Source of the DNA: Macrostomum lignano
Taxonomy: Eukaryota
Direction of reading: 5' to 3'
Assembly (NCBI GenBank): GCA_002269645.1
Contig: NIVC01002837.1
Coordinates: 72,771-136,770 of the forward strand
Length of the DNA: 64,000 nucleotides
Below are positions 24,965 through 38,640 of this stretch, one piece after another (the stretch's first letter is position 1; each line of letters begins with the position of its first letter). The notes under the pieces are model-generated. The model made no database searches. It worked only from the letters and a program-made list of their open reading frames with translations, and was not told where the DNA came from. Made by a program: the position numbers and the translations under genes.

Positions 24965-27285
24965 ACACTAAACAGGTGCGATTTGGAGTGAACAGGTGTG
25001 ATTTGGAGTGAACAGGTGTGATTAGGAGTGAACAGGTGTGATTTGGAGTGAACAGGTGGGATTGGGAGTGAACAGGTGTGATTGGGAGGAAACAGATGTG
25101 ATTGAGAGAGAAAATGTGTGATTGAGAGAGAACAGGTGTGATTAAGAGAGAACAGGTGCGATTGAGAGTGAACAGATGTGATTGGGAGTGAACAAGGTGT
25201 GATTAGGAGTGAACAGGTGTGATTGAGAGAGAACAGGTGTGATTGAGAGTGAACAGGTGTGATTAAGAGAGAACAGGTGTGATTGAGAGAGAACAGGTGC
25301 GATTGAGAGAGAACAGGTGTGATTGAGAGAGAACAGGTGTGATTGGGAGTGAACAGGTGTGATTGAGAGAGAACAGGTGTGATTGAGAGAGAACAGGTGT
25401 GATTGAGAGAGAACAGGTGTGATTTGGAGTGAACAGGTGTGATTGAGAGAGAACAGGTGTGATTTGGAGTGAACAGGTGTGATTGAGAGAGAACAGGTGT
25501 GATTGAGAGAGAACATGTGTGATTAGGAGAGAACAGGTGTGATTGAGAGAGAACAGGTGTGATTTGGAGTGAACAGGTGTGATTGAGAGAGAACAGGTGT
25601 GATTGAGAGAGAACATGTGTGATTAGGAGTGAACAGGTGTGATTGAGAGAGAACATGTGTGATTAGGAGTGAACAGGTGTGATTGAGAGAGAACATGTGT
25701 GATTAGGAGTGAACAGGTGTGATTGAGAGAGAACAGGTGTGATTAGGAACGAACAGGTGTGATTGAGAGAGAACAGGTGTGATTAGGAGTGAACATGTGT
25801 GATTAGGAGTGAACAGGTGTGATTAGGAGTGAACAGGTGTGATTGAGAGAGAACAGGTGTGATTGAGAGAGAACATGTGTGATTAGGAGAGAACAGGTGT
25901 GATTAGGAGTGAACAGGTGTGATTAGGAGTGAACAGGTGTGATTTGGAGTGAACAGGTGTGATTAGGAGTGAACAGGTGTGATTTGGAGTGAACAGGTGT
26001 GATTTGGAGTGAACAGGTGTGATTAGGAGTGAACAGGTGTGATTAGGAGTGAACAGGTGTGATTTGGAGTGAACAGGTGTGATTAGGAGAGAACAGATGT
26101 GATTGAGAGAGAACAAGTGTGATTGAGAGAGAACAGGTGTGATTGAGAGAGAACAGGTGTGATTTGGAGTGAACAGGTGTGATTGAGAGTGAACAGGTGT
26201 GATTGAGAGAGAACAGGTGTGATTTGGAGAGAACAGGTGTGATTGAGAGAGAACAGGTGTGATTGAGAGTGAACATGTGTGATTTTGAGAGAACATGTGT
26301 GATTGAGAGAGAACATGTGTGATTGAGAGAGAACAGGTGTGATTGAGAGAGAACATGTGTGATTTTGAGAGAACAGGTGTGATTGAGAGAGAACAGGTGT
26401 GATTAGGAGTGAACAGATGTGATTGGGAGTGAACAAGGTGTGATTAGGAGTGAACAGGTGTGATTGGGAGTGAACAAGGTGTGGTAGGGAGTAAACAGGT
26501 GTGATTGGGAGTGAACAGGTGTGATTAGGAGTGAACAGGTGTGATTAGGAGTGAACAGATGTGATTAGGAGTGAACAGGTGTGATTGGGAGTGAACAGGT
26601 GTGATTAAGAGAGAACAGGTGTGATTAGGAGTGAACAGATGTGATTGGGAGTGAACAAGGTGTGATTAGGAGTGAACAGGTGTGATTGGGAGTGAACAAG
26701 GTGTGGTAGGGAGTAAACAGGTGTGATTGGGAGTGAACAGGTGTGATTAGGAGTGAACAGGTGTGATTAGGAGTGAACAGATGTGATTAGGAGTGAACAG
26801 GTGTGATGGGAGTGAACAGGTGTGATTGGGAGTGAACAGTTGTGATTGAGAGTGAACAGGTGTGATTGGGAGTGAACAGGTGTGATTGAGAGAGAACAGG
26901 TGTGATTGAGAGAGAACAGGTGTGATTGAGAGTGAACATGTGTGATTGAGAGAGAACAGGTGTGATTGAGAGTGAACAGGTGTGATTAGGAGTGAACAGG
27001 TGTGATTAGGAGTGAACATGTGTGATTGAGAGAGAACAGGTGTGATTGAGAGAGAACAGGTGTGATTGGGAGTGAACAGGTGTGATTGAGAGAGAACAGG
27101 TGTGATTGAGAGTGAACAGGTGTGATTAGGAGTGAACAGATGTGATTAGGAGTGAACAGATGTGATTGGGAGTGAACAAGGTGTGATTAGGAGTGAACAG
27201 GTGTGATTGGGAGTGAACAGGTGTGATTTGGAGTGAACAGGTGTGATTGAGAGTGAACAAGGTGTGGTAGGGAGTGAACAGGTGC
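24965..27285. repeat. 20-bp intronic minisatellite (GAACAGGTGTGATTGAGAGA)n, ~115 units
   Basis: Fills almost the whole intron. Confidence 0.98.
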
Positions 27286-27353
27286 TACAGGTAGTCCAAA
27301 ATACAGTATCTGTTTCAAAGCAGAATCTGCAAAAATCCGAATCCCAATCCCAG

Positions 27354-27531
27354 AGTGGCAAATTTCTCCTTGGGCCTCGGGCCGAACTCGCTGACCTTCC
27401 TGACGGAGCCGGGCCGCCAGGGGCCGCCAAGGCGAATTCAGCTGCACATTCGAAGACTGGAGCGGCCCCAGTTGAAGTCCGTGAAGTCGCACGGCCAAGC
27501 GGCCGAACTTCGAGTCTGCCAGCTGGTTCAG
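27354..27531 (+). CDS. CPED1: CPED1-like exon, cadherin-like beta-sandwich (second part)
   Basis: CCCAG acceptor, CAG|GTGAGT donor. Encodes (R)VANFSLGLGPNSLTFL...IQLHIRRLERP...VCQLVQ, resembling CPED1 ASYPLGLGMNKISI...CGFVQ; phase 2 to 0. Confidence 0.85.
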
Positions 27532-27534
27532 GTG

Positions 27535-28225
27535 AGTTTCGGAGTTTTTTGGGGAGTTTCGGAGTTTTTGGGGGAGTTTTGGAGTTTTTGGGGGAGTTTC
27601 GGAGTTTTTTTGGGGGGGGGGTTTCGGAGTTTTTGGGGGAGTTTCGGAGCTTTTGGGGGAGTTTCGGAGTTTTTGGGGGAGTTTCGGAGTTTTTTGGGGG
27701 GGGGGGTTTCGGAGTTTTTGGGGGAGTTTCGGAGTTCTTCGGGGGAGTTTCGGAGTTTTTTGGGGAGTTTCGGAGTTTTTGGGGGAGTTTCGGAGTTCTT
27801 CGGGGGAGTTTCGGAGTTTTTTGGGGAGTTTCGGAGTTTTTGGGGGAGTTTCGGAGTTTTTGGGGGAGTTTCGGAGTTTTTTGGGGGAGTTTCGGAGTTT
27901 TTGGGGGAGTTTCGGAGTTTTTGGGGGAGTTTCGGAGTTTTTTGGGGAGTTTCGGAGTTTTTGGGGGAGTTTCGGAGTTTTAGGGGAGTTTTGGAGTTTT
28001 TTGGGGAGTTTCGGAGTTTTGGGGGAGTTTAGGAGTTTTTTTGGGGAGTTTCGGAGTTTTGGGGGAGTTTAGGAGTTTTTTTGGGGAGTTTCGGAGTTTT
28101 TTGGAGAGTTTCGGAGTTTTGGGGGAGTTTAGGAGTTTTTTTGGGGAGTTTCGGAGTTTTTTGGAGAGTTTCGGAGTTTTTTGGGGAGTTTCGGAGTTTT
28201 TTGGGGAGTTTCGGAGTTTTTTGAA
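27535..28225. repeat. ~19-bp G/T-rich minisatellite (GGGGAGTTTCGGAGTTTTT)n
   Basis: Tandem units with variable G and T run lengths. Confidence 0.96.
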
Positions 28226-28958
28226 AAATCAAGCGGAAACAGTGTTGGAAAACTTTTCTTATTTAAAAACGTCAATAGGAGAATCCTTCAACAGGGTAAG
28301 TTTACTTTAAGAAAAACATTGAGATTCTGTTTGACTTGAAACTGCATGGCATTGTGAACGTCAGCCTGTTTAATGGGAGATTTATCCCAGCTGGTCTCGG
28401 GATTCAGGTTAGAAAATCCCCACTTCACAGCGAGAAGCACCTCGGGTTCCAGGCCTCGCTTCAACCCTGCATGCACAGGCGGGTCTCCCATTAAAATGCC
28501 CGGGAATGATGGAGCTAGCTGGGCTGGGGTGGGGCAGAGAACACGCTCGATGAAGGATGAGGGGATAAAGAATGGCCCAGCATCGCATGCTAATCAGTGC
28601 GCTATCGCTCGATTGTTAGAAGAAGAATTGAGAGCTCAAGTCGCAAATTAGCCGGGATCGCGTCTTGGTGGAGCTCAGAGCCCTCCTCACCCTCCCCTGC
28701 CTTGGATTCCCTTTTGTCATTCAAGTACGATATGGAATGCAGAGCTGCTGAGGGGTGCGCTTGAGAAGATGGATGGAGAAGAAACCTGATACCCATCCAG
28801 CCTCAACTAAGGAGCCTTGTTAGCTGTCAGGCCGATGAGGCTCTTCCGGGCGCTCCGCTGACTCTGGACTCTCTTCTCTTCGCTTCTTTCTTCTTTTGTT
28901 GCACAATGAAAAATGGCCTCTCAGTCTGTCAAAGTGGATCCGCCTCGACCGCTTCAAG

Positions 28959-29106
28959 GACTGCGACTTCGTACACACCGGCGGCGAGTCGTGCGGACTG
29001 GCGCCGGTTCCCGCTGACGCAGCCGGCGCCAACTTGACCTGGGCGACGTGGCTGCGCGCGCGTCGGGACCGACTGCCTCAGTGCGGGCTGGGCGACTTGG
29101 CTGAAG
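28959..29106 (+). CDS. CPED1: CPED1-like exon
   Basis: TTCAAG acceptor, G|GTGAGG donor. Encodes DCDFVHTGGESCGLAP...LPQCGLGDLAE, resembling CPED1 DCGLLIHPEETCGLQP; phase 0 to 1. Confidence 0.85.
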
Positions 29107-29129
29107 GTGAGGCTCTTTTTGTGCTTGTT

Positions 29130-29720
29130 AGTTTTTGTTTTCTTGGTCTTTGTTTGCGTGGTCTTTGTTTGTATGGTCTTCGTCTGCTTGGTCTTTGTCT
29201 GCTTGGTCCTTGTTTGCGTAGTGTTTGTCTGCTTGGTCTTTGTTTGCTTGGTCTTTGTTTGCTTGGTCTTTGTTTGCTTGGTCTTTGTTTGCTTGGTCTT
29301 TGTCTGCTTGGTTTATGTTTGCTTGGTGCTTGGTTGCTTGGTCTTTGTTTGCTTGGCCTTTGTCTGCTTGGTCTATGTTTGCTTGGTGCTTGGTTGCTTG
29401 GTCTTTGTTTGCTTGTTGTTTGCTTGCTTGGCCTTTGTTTGCTTGGTGCTTGGTTGCTTGGTCTTTGTTTGCTTGTTGTTTGCTTGCTTGGTCTTTGTTT
29501 GCTTGGCCTTTGTCTGCTTGGTGCTTGGTTGCTTGGCCTTTGTTTGCATGGCCTTTGTCTGCTTGGTCTTTGTTTGCTTGGCCTTTGTCTGCTTGGTCTT
29601 TGTTTGCTTGATCTCTGTCTGCTTGGTCTTTGTTTGCTTGATCTCTGTCTGCTTGGTCTTTGTTTGCTTGATCTCTGTCTGCTTGGTCTTTGGGCCTTCA
29701 TTTGCTTGGTCTTTGTCTGC
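29130..29720. repeat. 15-bp minisatellite (TTGCTTGGTCTTTGT)n
   Basis: Tandem units; source of the LLGLC/VFVCL ORFs. Confidence 0.95.
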
Positions 29721-30285
29721 ACGGTCTTTGGTTGCTGGGTCTGTTCGGTCTAAATTAAAGCATGGCCTATTTTTAGTTTTAAAACAGAAGACAAAAAAGT
29801 CAAGCCAGGGAAAATGGAGAATCCGCTTTTATATAAAAAATAAAAAGCCCCAAAAGCATTCCACAATAAGGCTGCAGATGATGCATATAAAAAAGCAATT
29901 GTTCGTCCCCACGTGCTGGCTTGCCCGCGGGTTTGCCCCGAATGCAAAATATTGCTGGGCAGGAAATCGCCTATTTCTGGGCAGTGGGCCGCTGATGGAG
30001 CGATTTGGAATGAGTCCCGCCAGCTGAGCTGGTGGTTCATTTTCTATGAGCTCTGCACTGTTAGCGCGGGAGTGGAGCTCAAGAGTGAGAAGTGAGCGGT
30101 GCGGGAGAAGCGGGGGAGGCGATTAGAGATGCTGAGATACCGCTGGCTGAGTCCGCTGGGCCTCTCGATTCCAGGCGGACGAATCTGGCCTGTTTTTTGG
30201 CGCTGAGAGCTGCGACTGCGGACTCAAAGCCGGATGACACTTCAGAATGCTGGGCTCTGAGTGCTGAGACTGGGGACTTCCTGCA

Positions 30286-30587
<302 letters not shown>

Positions 30588-30628
30588 AGCAAGGTGACTC
30601 TCACCCCCGCCCCACTTTCGCCACTCAG

Positions 30629-30768
30629 GTGCCAGGTGGTTCATTCCCTGCGGCAGCTGTGGCGCCCCGGAGTTGTGCGCTTGGCGCCTCGCGCGCTGGT
30701 GGCACCCGGGCTGCCTGGCCGAGTTCCCGGCCACCGACTGGATGCGGAAGCGACTCGATGGAGTTCGG
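30629..30768 (+). CDS. CPED1: CPED1-like exon, Cys-rich start of PC-esterase region
   Basis: ACTCAG acceptor, GG|GTCAGT donor. Encodes (G)[28 protein letters not shown], resembling CPED1 GQWIVPCLSC...CDWREITWQPHNC; phase 1 to 0. Confidence 0.88.
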
Positions 30769-30904
30769 GTCAGTTCGAGTCCGAGCGCGCGATTTACCTG
30801 GCTATGAAACTGTCAGGGAGCTTGTCATTGGAGAACAGGGCTTAGAGTCAGATGTTTTGGGTCAGCTGCTAAAGGATTAGGGGTCAGGAAGTCCGGGTTC
30901 ATTA

Positions 30905-32460
30905 CAGGAGTGTCAGTATGTCAGGAGTGTCAGTATGTCAGGAGTGTCAGTATGTCAGGAGTGTCAGTATGTCAGGAGTGTCAGTATGTCACGAGTGTCA
31001 GTATGTCAGTAGTGTCAGTATGTCAGGAGTGTCAGTATGTCAGTAGTGTCAGTATGTCAGGAGTGTCAGTATGTCAGGAGTGTCAGTATGTCAGGAGTGT
31101 CAGTATGTCAGTAGTGTCAGTATGTCAGGAGTGTCAGTATGTCAGGAGTGTCAGTATGTCAGGAGTGTCAGTATGTCAGTAGTGTCAGTATGTCAGTAGT
31201 GTCAGTATGTCAGTAGTGTCAGTATGTCAGGAGTGTCAGTATGTCAGGAGTGTCAGTATGTCAGGAGTGTCAGTATGTCAGGAGTGTCAGTATGTCAGGA
31301 GTGTCAGTATGTCAGTAGTGTCAGTATGTCAGGAGTGTCAGTATGTCAGGAGTGTCAGTATGTCAGTAGTGTCAGTATGTCAGGAGTGTCAGTATGTCAG
31401 GAGTGTCAGTATGTCACGAGTGTCAGTATGTCAGTAGTGTCAGTATGTCAGGAGTGTCAGTATGTCAGGAGTGTCAGTATGTCAGGAGTGTCAGTATGTC
31501 AGGAGTGTCAGTATGTCAGTAGTGTCAGTATGTCAGTAGTGTCAGTATGTCAGGAGTGTCAGTATGTCAGGAGTGTCAGTATGTCAGGAGTGTCAGTATG
31601 TCAGTAGTGTCAGTATGTCAGTAGTGTCAGTGTGTCAGGAGTGTCAGTATGTCAGGAGTGTCAGTATGTCAGGAGTGTCAGTATGTCAGGAGTGTCAGTA
31701 TGTCAGGAGTGTCAGTATGTCAGGAGTGTCAGTATGTCAGGAGTGTCAGTATGTCAGGAATGTCAGTATGTAAGTAGTGTCAGTATGTCAGTAGTGTCAG
31801 TATGTCAGGAGTGTCAGTATGTCAGGAGTGTCAGTATGTCAGGAGTGTCAGTATGTCAGGAGTGTCAGTATGTCAGGAGTGTCAGTATGTCAGGAGTGTC
31901 AGTATGTCAGGAGTGTCAGTATGTCAGGAGTGTCAGTATGTCAGGAGTGTCAGTATGTCAGGAGTGTCAGTATGTCAGGAGTGTCAGTATGTCAGGAGTG
32001 TCAGTATGTCAGGAGTGTCAGTATGTCAGGAGTGTCAGTATGTCAGGAGTGTCAGTATGTCAGGAGTGTCAGTATGTCAGGAGTGTCAGTATGTCAGGAG
32101 TGTCAGTATGTCAGGAGTGTCAGTATGTCAGGAGTGTCAGTATGTCAGGAGTGTCAGTATGTCAGGAGTGTCAGTATGTCAGGAGTGTCAGTATGTCAGG
32201 AGTGTCAGTATGTCAGGAGTGTCAGTATGTCAGGAGTGTCAGTATGTCAGGAGTGTCAGTATGTCAGGAGTGTCAGTATGTCAGGAGTGTCAGTATGTCA
32301 GTAGTGTCAGTATGTCAGGAGTGTCAGTATGTCAGGAGTGTCAGTATGTCAGGAGTGTCAGTATGTCAGGAGTGTCAGTATGTCAGGAGTGTCAGTATGT
32401 CAGGAGTGTCAGTATGTAAGTAGTGTCAGTATGTCAGTAGTGTCAGTATGTCAGTAGTGT
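30905..32460. repeat. 17-bp minisatellite (GGAGTGTCAGTATGTCA)n, ~90 units
   Basis: Very homogeneous intronic array. Confidence 0.98.
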
Positions 32461-32722
32461 CCCCAAGATTTGACCTTAAAGACATCAAAGATCGAATTCA
32501 GTTGAGTTATGAAGTTTGAGCTGCTCTGTCAGAGTACAGAATCAATGTAAGCAACTCTCGGCACGGTGGTTTTGCAGAAGCTGCAAGATCGTAAACTACA
32601 AAAAATGCCGAGTTTATTGCTCAGGGATTCCCCTGGTCCACTGGCGAACCCAATAAATTTTCTTCATGGAATTCTCCCAGCTAATGGGATCTGGAAAGCA
32701 TATTTTCCTTTCCCAATGTCAG

Positions 32723-32940
32723 GTCGTCTTCCTCGGAGACTCAACTTTGCGCGGTCTGATGTTCTCGCTGTTCCACATCGCCAACGGCAGTTTGAACCGC
32801 TGGGAGAAATCCCACGACACCCTGACGCTGATGGACAGGGATGGCCGCAGTCGAATGGACTTCTCGTATTATCCCCAGTTTTGGTTGCCAGGCAGTAGGG
32901 CGACCGGCTTTCGCGAAACTCTGAGACGGATTCTGCTCAT
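32723..32940 (+). CDS. CPED1: CPED1-like exon, PC-esterase GDS motif
   Basis: Polypyrimidine/TCAG acceptor, AT|GTGAGC donor. Encodes VVFLGDSTLRGLM...DFSYYPQFWL, matching CPED1 ILFIGDSTNRG...SYYPQFW; phase 0 to 2. Confidence 0.93.
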
Positions 32941-33014
32941 GTGAGCTGTGCTCAGTCACTGCCTGTTGTTTGGGGGGTTTTGATGCAGTTCGGGCGTGGG
33001 ATGTTTGATGGTAA

Positions 33015-33450
33015 TTCGGGTGTGGGATAATTTGGGTGTGGGATAATTCGGGTGTGGGATAATTCGGGTGTGGGATAATTCGGTGTGGGATAATTCGGGT
33101 GTGGGATAATTCGGGTGTGGGATAATTCGGGTGTGGGATAATTCGGTGTGGGATAATTCGGGTGTGGGATAATTCGGGTGTGGGATAATTCGGTGTGGGA
33201 TAATTCGGGTGTGGGATAATTCGGGTGTGGGATAATTCGGTGTGGGATAATTCGGGTGTGGGATAATTCGGGTGTGGGATAATTCGGGTGTGGGATAATT
33301 CGGGTGTGGGATAATTCGGGTGTGGGATAATTCGGGTGTGGGATAATTCGGGTGTGGGATAATTCGGGTGTGGGATAATTCGGGTGTGGGATAATTCGGG
33401 TGTGGGATAATTCGGTGTGGGATAACTCGGGTGTGGGATAATCCAGGTGT
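33015..33450. repeat. 16-bp minisatellite (GGATAATTCGGGTGTG)n
   Basis: About 27 units filling the intron. Confidence 0.97.
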
Positions 33451-33541
33451 CGGGAAAATTTCCGTAGTTTAAATTTCGTGTTTCAGAAACCGTGTCTTTG
33501 ATGGACACATCAATTGTTAATGTGAATTTGTCCCCATTCAG

Positions 33542-33661
33542 TTCCCAGAACGGAACGCAGGTCGAGCCGGCAGCCGCCTTCAACAGAACCGTCATTGTCA
33601 TCGGAGGCGCCCAGTGGCTGACAGGCGCTGAGCTGCTGCAGACTCGGGAGTTGCTGGGCAG
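33542..33661 (+). CDS. CPED1: CPED1-like exon
   Basis: CCATTCAG acceptor, AG|GTGAGG donor. Encodes ...FNRTVIVIGGAQWLTGAELL, matching CPED1 TVLVVGGVQWL; phase 2 to 2. Confidence 0.9.
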
Positions 33662-33774
33662 GTGAGGCCTGGCTGACAACTGCCAGTCAGTCAGTTGAAA
33701 TCTGCGAAATATTCTATACATCTGGCTGTCAATTGTGAAAAGTATTTAGAATAAGACAGTTGCAAAAATTGCGA

Positions 33775-34665
33775 TTCCTCTCCTCTCTCTCCTTCTCCCC
33801 TCTCTCCTTCTCCCCTTTCTCCTTCTCCCCTCTCTCCTCCCCTCTCTCCTTCTCCCCTCTCTCCTCCCCTCTCTCCTTCTCCTCTCTCTCCTTCTCCCCT
33901 CTCTCCTTCTCCCCTCTCTCCTTCTCCCCTTTCTCCTTCTCCCCTCTCTACTTCTCCTCTCTCTCCTTCTCCCCTCTCTCCTTCTCCCCTTTCTCCTTCT
34001 CCTCTCTCTCCTTCTCCCCTCTCTCCTCACTTCTCTCCTTCTCCCCTCTCTCCTTCTCCCCTCTCTCCTTCTCCTCTCTCTCCTTCTCCCCTCTCTCCTT
34101 CTCCCCTCTCTCCTTCTCCCCTCTCTCCTCCCCTCTCTCCTTCTCCTCTCTCTCCTTCTCCCCTCTCTCCTTCTCCTCTCTCTCCTTCTCCCCTCTCTCC
34201 TTCTCCCCTCTATCCCCCTCTCTCTTTCTCCCATCTCTCCTTCTCCCCTCTCTTTTTCTCCCATCTCTCCTTCTCCCCTCTCTCCTTCTCCCCTCTCTCC
34301 TTCTCCCCTTTCTCCTTCTCCCCTTTCTCCTTCTCCTCTCTCTCCTTCTCCCCTCTCTCCTTCTCCCCTTTCTCCTTCTCCCCTCTCTCCTTCTCCTCTC
34401 TCTCCTTCTCCCCTCTCTCCTTCTCCCCTCTCTCCTTCTCCCCTCTCTCCTTCTCCTCTCTCTCCTTCTTCCCTCTCTCCTTCTCCCCTTTCTCCTTCTC
34501 ACTTCTCTCCTTCTCACTTCTCTCCTTCTCCCCTCTCTCCTTCTCCCCTCTCTCCTTCTCCCCTCTCTCCTTCTCCCCTCTATCCCCCTCTCTCTTTCTC
34601 CCATCTCTCCTCCCCCCTCACTCATTCCCCCCTTTCCCCTTTCTCCTTCGCCTCTCTCCTCCCTT
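33775..34665. repeat. 15-bp polypyrimidine minisatellite (CTCTCCTTCTCCCCT)n
   Basis: About 890 bp of almost pure C/T on the plus strand; triplex-prone. Confidence 0.97.
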
Positions 34666-35329
34666 CATGCAGTAGACAGTTAAAGCTTGGCAATGCTCTT
34701 ATTTCAACAAACTGGATAAATTTGCACTATAAACCAAGGACACATGGTTTGCATATTGAAGGACATGTGCAATCGTTTTTGACTGTGTTGCATGCTTAAT
34801 ATATATTTCCTTTAGCACACAAATATCCCAACCTCAATCAATAGCCGTCTATCCCAATCCTATAGTAGCAATCAGCGAGACATCCCTTACTACTGCGCTT
34901 CCCTTCCTAAACCCAAATGGTCATTGATTTTTTAGCTGCATCCCTCAAAATGGATGCACGCATGAGGACAGGATTTATAGCGGGGACAGGGGGTGGTCAC
35001 TGACTCAAGCGGAATATGGTTCCAATTAGCAGCAGTGTTTGATCGAATGAGAGAGCCATTAGCATTGCGGATGTCCTAATGTGTGCAACAGGACTGAATG
35101 CAAATTAATCATTGATTGTGGGTTTAACAGCCAACTCTGTCCACTGACCCCATCTGAGCACTGTATGCTGACTGTCCACTGACCCCATCTGAGGGTTTTC
35201 AGCTCGTAAACCTGTAAACAGACTTTTTAACAGTTAAAGGCAGACCCTAATATGTTCAAAACACACATAGGCAGGTGAAGACACACTACGAGACAGGCCA
35301 TGGACACAGAAAGAGACAGACAATAGACA

Positions 35330-36225
35330 CAATAAGAGAGATCATCGACACACTAAGAGACATGCCATAGACACAATAAGAGACAGGCCATAGACACAAT
35401 AAGAGACAGGCCATAGACACACTAACAGACAGGCCATAGACACCATAACAGACAGGCCATAGACACCATAACAGACAGGCCATAGACACCATAACAGACA
35501 GGCCATAGACACAATAACAGACAGGCCATAGACACCATAACAGACAGGCCATAGACACAATAACAGACAGGCCATAGACACCATAACAGACAGGCCATAG
35601 ACACCATAACAGACAGGCCATAGACACAATAAGAGACAGGCCATAGACAAACTAAGAGACAGGCCATAGACACACTAACAGACAGGCCATAGACACCATA
35701 ACAGACAGGCCATAGACACAATAACAGACAGGCCATAGACACAATAACAGACAGGCCATAGACACAATAACAGACAGGCCATAGACACCATAACAGACAG
35801 GCCATAGACACCATAACAGACAGGCCATAGACACCATAACAGACAGGCCATAGACACCATAACAGACAGGCCATAGACACAATAAGAGACAGGCCATAGA
35901 CACAATAAGAGACAGGCCATAGAAACAATAACAGACAGGCCATAGACACACTAACAGACAGGCCATAGACACAATAACAGACAGGCCATAGACACAATAA
36001 CAGACAGGCCATAGACAAAATAACAGACAGGCCATAGACACAATAACAGACAGGCCATAGACACACTAACAGACAGGCCATAGACGCACTAACAGACAGA
36101 CCATAGACGCACTAACAGACAGACCATAGACACAATAAGAGACAGGCCATAGACACAATAAGAGACAGACCATAGACACACTAACAGACAGGCCATAGAC
36201 ACAATAAGAGACAGGCCATAGACAA
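35330..36225. repeat. 23-bp minisatellite (GACAGGCCATAGACACAATAACA)n
   Basis: About 39 units. Confidence 0.97.
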
Positions 36226-36288
36226 CCTGAGACAGGCAACGATCAGCGCTTAAACATCAAGGCAGTCCCTCACCCCCAACCTCGGCAG

Positions 36289-36637
36289 CCTCGGCCTTCA
36301 GGTGCCCGTCATCGTGAAGGACCTGAGCCCCGGATTTCACATTCGAGTACCCGGAGTGACCTACAAGCCACTGACAGTTGACACAGCCCGGGAGCTGTCC
36401 AACAGGAACAGCCAGCTGCACAGCATATCAGCCAGCCTGGGCTTCTCCATGCTGCCCACATTCCGCCTGTCCGCCGCCCGCTATCGCGAGTTTCATCCCG
36501 GCAAGTGCGCCTGCCATTTTCACACCGTGACACCCCGGCAGAGGCGGCCAGGCCGCGACAGAGGCTTTGAAGTTGACGGCGACATTCACAGGACTTGCTT
36601 GGGCCTCTTGACTGCACTGTTGGACTCCGTGTTGTAG
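36289..36637 (+). CDS. CPED1: CPED1-like terminal coding exon
   Basis: GGCAG acceptor (phase 2). Encodes LGLQVPVIVKDLSPGFH...GKCACHFH...FEVDGDIHRTCLGLL, matching the CPED1 C-terminal GKCGCHFH motif; TAG at 36635-36637. Confidence 0.92.
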
Positions 36638-36659
36638 GGATGAGAAGTTGAGACTGGCT

Positions 36660-38640
36660 GTCAAATTGTCACTGTTCAGTCACATTGTCACTGGCACAGT
36701 CAAATTGTCACTGACACAGTCAAACTGACACTATAACAATCAAATTGTCACTGACACAGTCAAACTGACACTATAACAGTCAAATTGTCACTGGCACAGT
36801 CAAATTGTCACTGGCACAGTCAAATTGTCACTGACACAGTCAAACTGACACTATAACAATCAAATTGTCACTGGCACAGTCAAATTGTCACTGAAGCAGT
36901 CAAATTGTCACTGAAGCAGTCAAATTGTCACTGACACAGTCAAATTGTCACTAGAGCAGTCAAATTGTCACTGACACAGTCAAATTGTCACTGAAGCAGT
37001 CAAATTGTCACTGGCAACACTGGCACAGTCAAATTGTCACTGGCAACACTGGCACAGTCATTTTCACTGCCACAGTCAAATTGTCACTTAAGCAGTCAAA
37101 TTGTCACTAGAGCAGTCAAACTGTCACAGACACAGTCAAATTGTCCCTGGCACAGTCAAATTGTCACAGACACAGTCAAACTGTCACTGGCACAGTCAAA
37201 TTGTCACTGGCACAGTCAAATTGTCACTGACACAATCAAACTGACACTAGAACAATCAAATTGTCACTGGCACAGTCAAATTGTCACTTAAGCAGTCAAA
37301 TTGTCACTAGAGCAGTCAAATTGTCACAGACACAGTCAAATTGTCCCTGGCACAGTCAAATTGTCACAGACACAGTCAAATTGTCCCTGGCACAGTCAAA
37401 TTGTCACTTAAGCAGTCAAATTGTCACTTAAGCAGTCAAATTGTCACTAGAGCAGTCAAATTGTCACAGACACAGTCAAATTGTCCCTGGCACAGTCAAA
37501 TTGTCACAGACACAGTCAAATTGTCCCTGGCACAGTCAAATTGTCACAGACAAAGTCAAATTGTGACTGGCACAGTCAAATTGTCACTGGAGCAGTCAAA
37601 TTTTCCCTGGCACAGTCAAATTGTCACTGGCACAGTCAAATTGTCCCTGGCACAGTCAAATTGTCCCTGGCACAGTCAAATTGTCACTGGCACAGTCAAA
37701 TTGTCACTGGCACAGTTAAATTGTCACTGACACAGTCAAACTGACACTAGAACAATCAAATTGTCACTGGCACAGTGAAATTGTCACTGATACAGTCAAA
37801 TTGTCACTGACAAAGTCAAATTGTCACTGACACAGTTAAATTGTCACTGGAACAGTCAAATTGTCACTGAAGCAGTCAACTTGTCACTGGCAACACTGGC
37901 ACAGTCAAATTGTCACTGCCACAGTCAAATTGTCACTGGCACAGTCAAATTGTCACTGGCACAGTCAAATTGTCACTGACACAGTCAAATTGTCACTAAC
38001 ATAGTCAAATTGTCACTGGCACAGTCAAATTGTCACTGGCACAGTCAAATTGTCACTGGCACAGTCAAATTGTCACTGGCACAGTCAAATTGTCACTGGC
38101 ACAGTCAAATTGTCACTGACACAGTCAAATTGTCACTGGCACAGTCAAATTGTCACTGTTCAGTCACATTGTCACTGGCACAGTCAAATTGTCACTGACA
38201 CAGTCAAACTGACACTAGAACAATCAAATTGTCACTGGCACAGTGAAATTGTCACTGATACAGTCAAATTGTCACTGACAAAGTCAAATTGTCACTGACA
38301 CAGTTAAATTGTCACTGGAACAGTCAAATTGTCACTGAAGCAGTCAACTTGTCACTGGCAACACTGGCACAGTCAAATTGTCACTGCCACAGTCAAACTG
38401 TCACTTGGCAACACTGGCACAGTCAAATTGTCACTGCCACAGTCAAATTGTCACTTCTACAGTCAAATTGTCACTGGCACAGTCAAATTGTCACTGGCAC
38501 AGTCAAATTGTCACTGGCACAGTCAAATTGTCACTGACACAGTCAAATTGTCACTAACATGGTCAAATTGTCACTGGCACAGTCAAATTGTCACTGGCAC
38601 AGTCAAATTGTCACTGGCACAGTCAAATTGTCACAGGCAG
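36660..38640. repeat. 20-bp minisatellite (CACAGTCAAATTGTCACTGG)n, ~95 units
   Basis: Begins about 25 bp after the CPED1-like stop codon. Confidence 0.97.

Noticed and set aside
32741-33721. 326-aa minus-strand ORF
   Set aside because: It is antisense to two CPED1-like exons and passes through a 16-bp repeat.
35137-35193. 22-bp direct repeat CTGTCCACTGACCCCATCTGAG
   Set aside because: Only two copies 13 bp apart, consistent with a small local duplication; no element lies between them.
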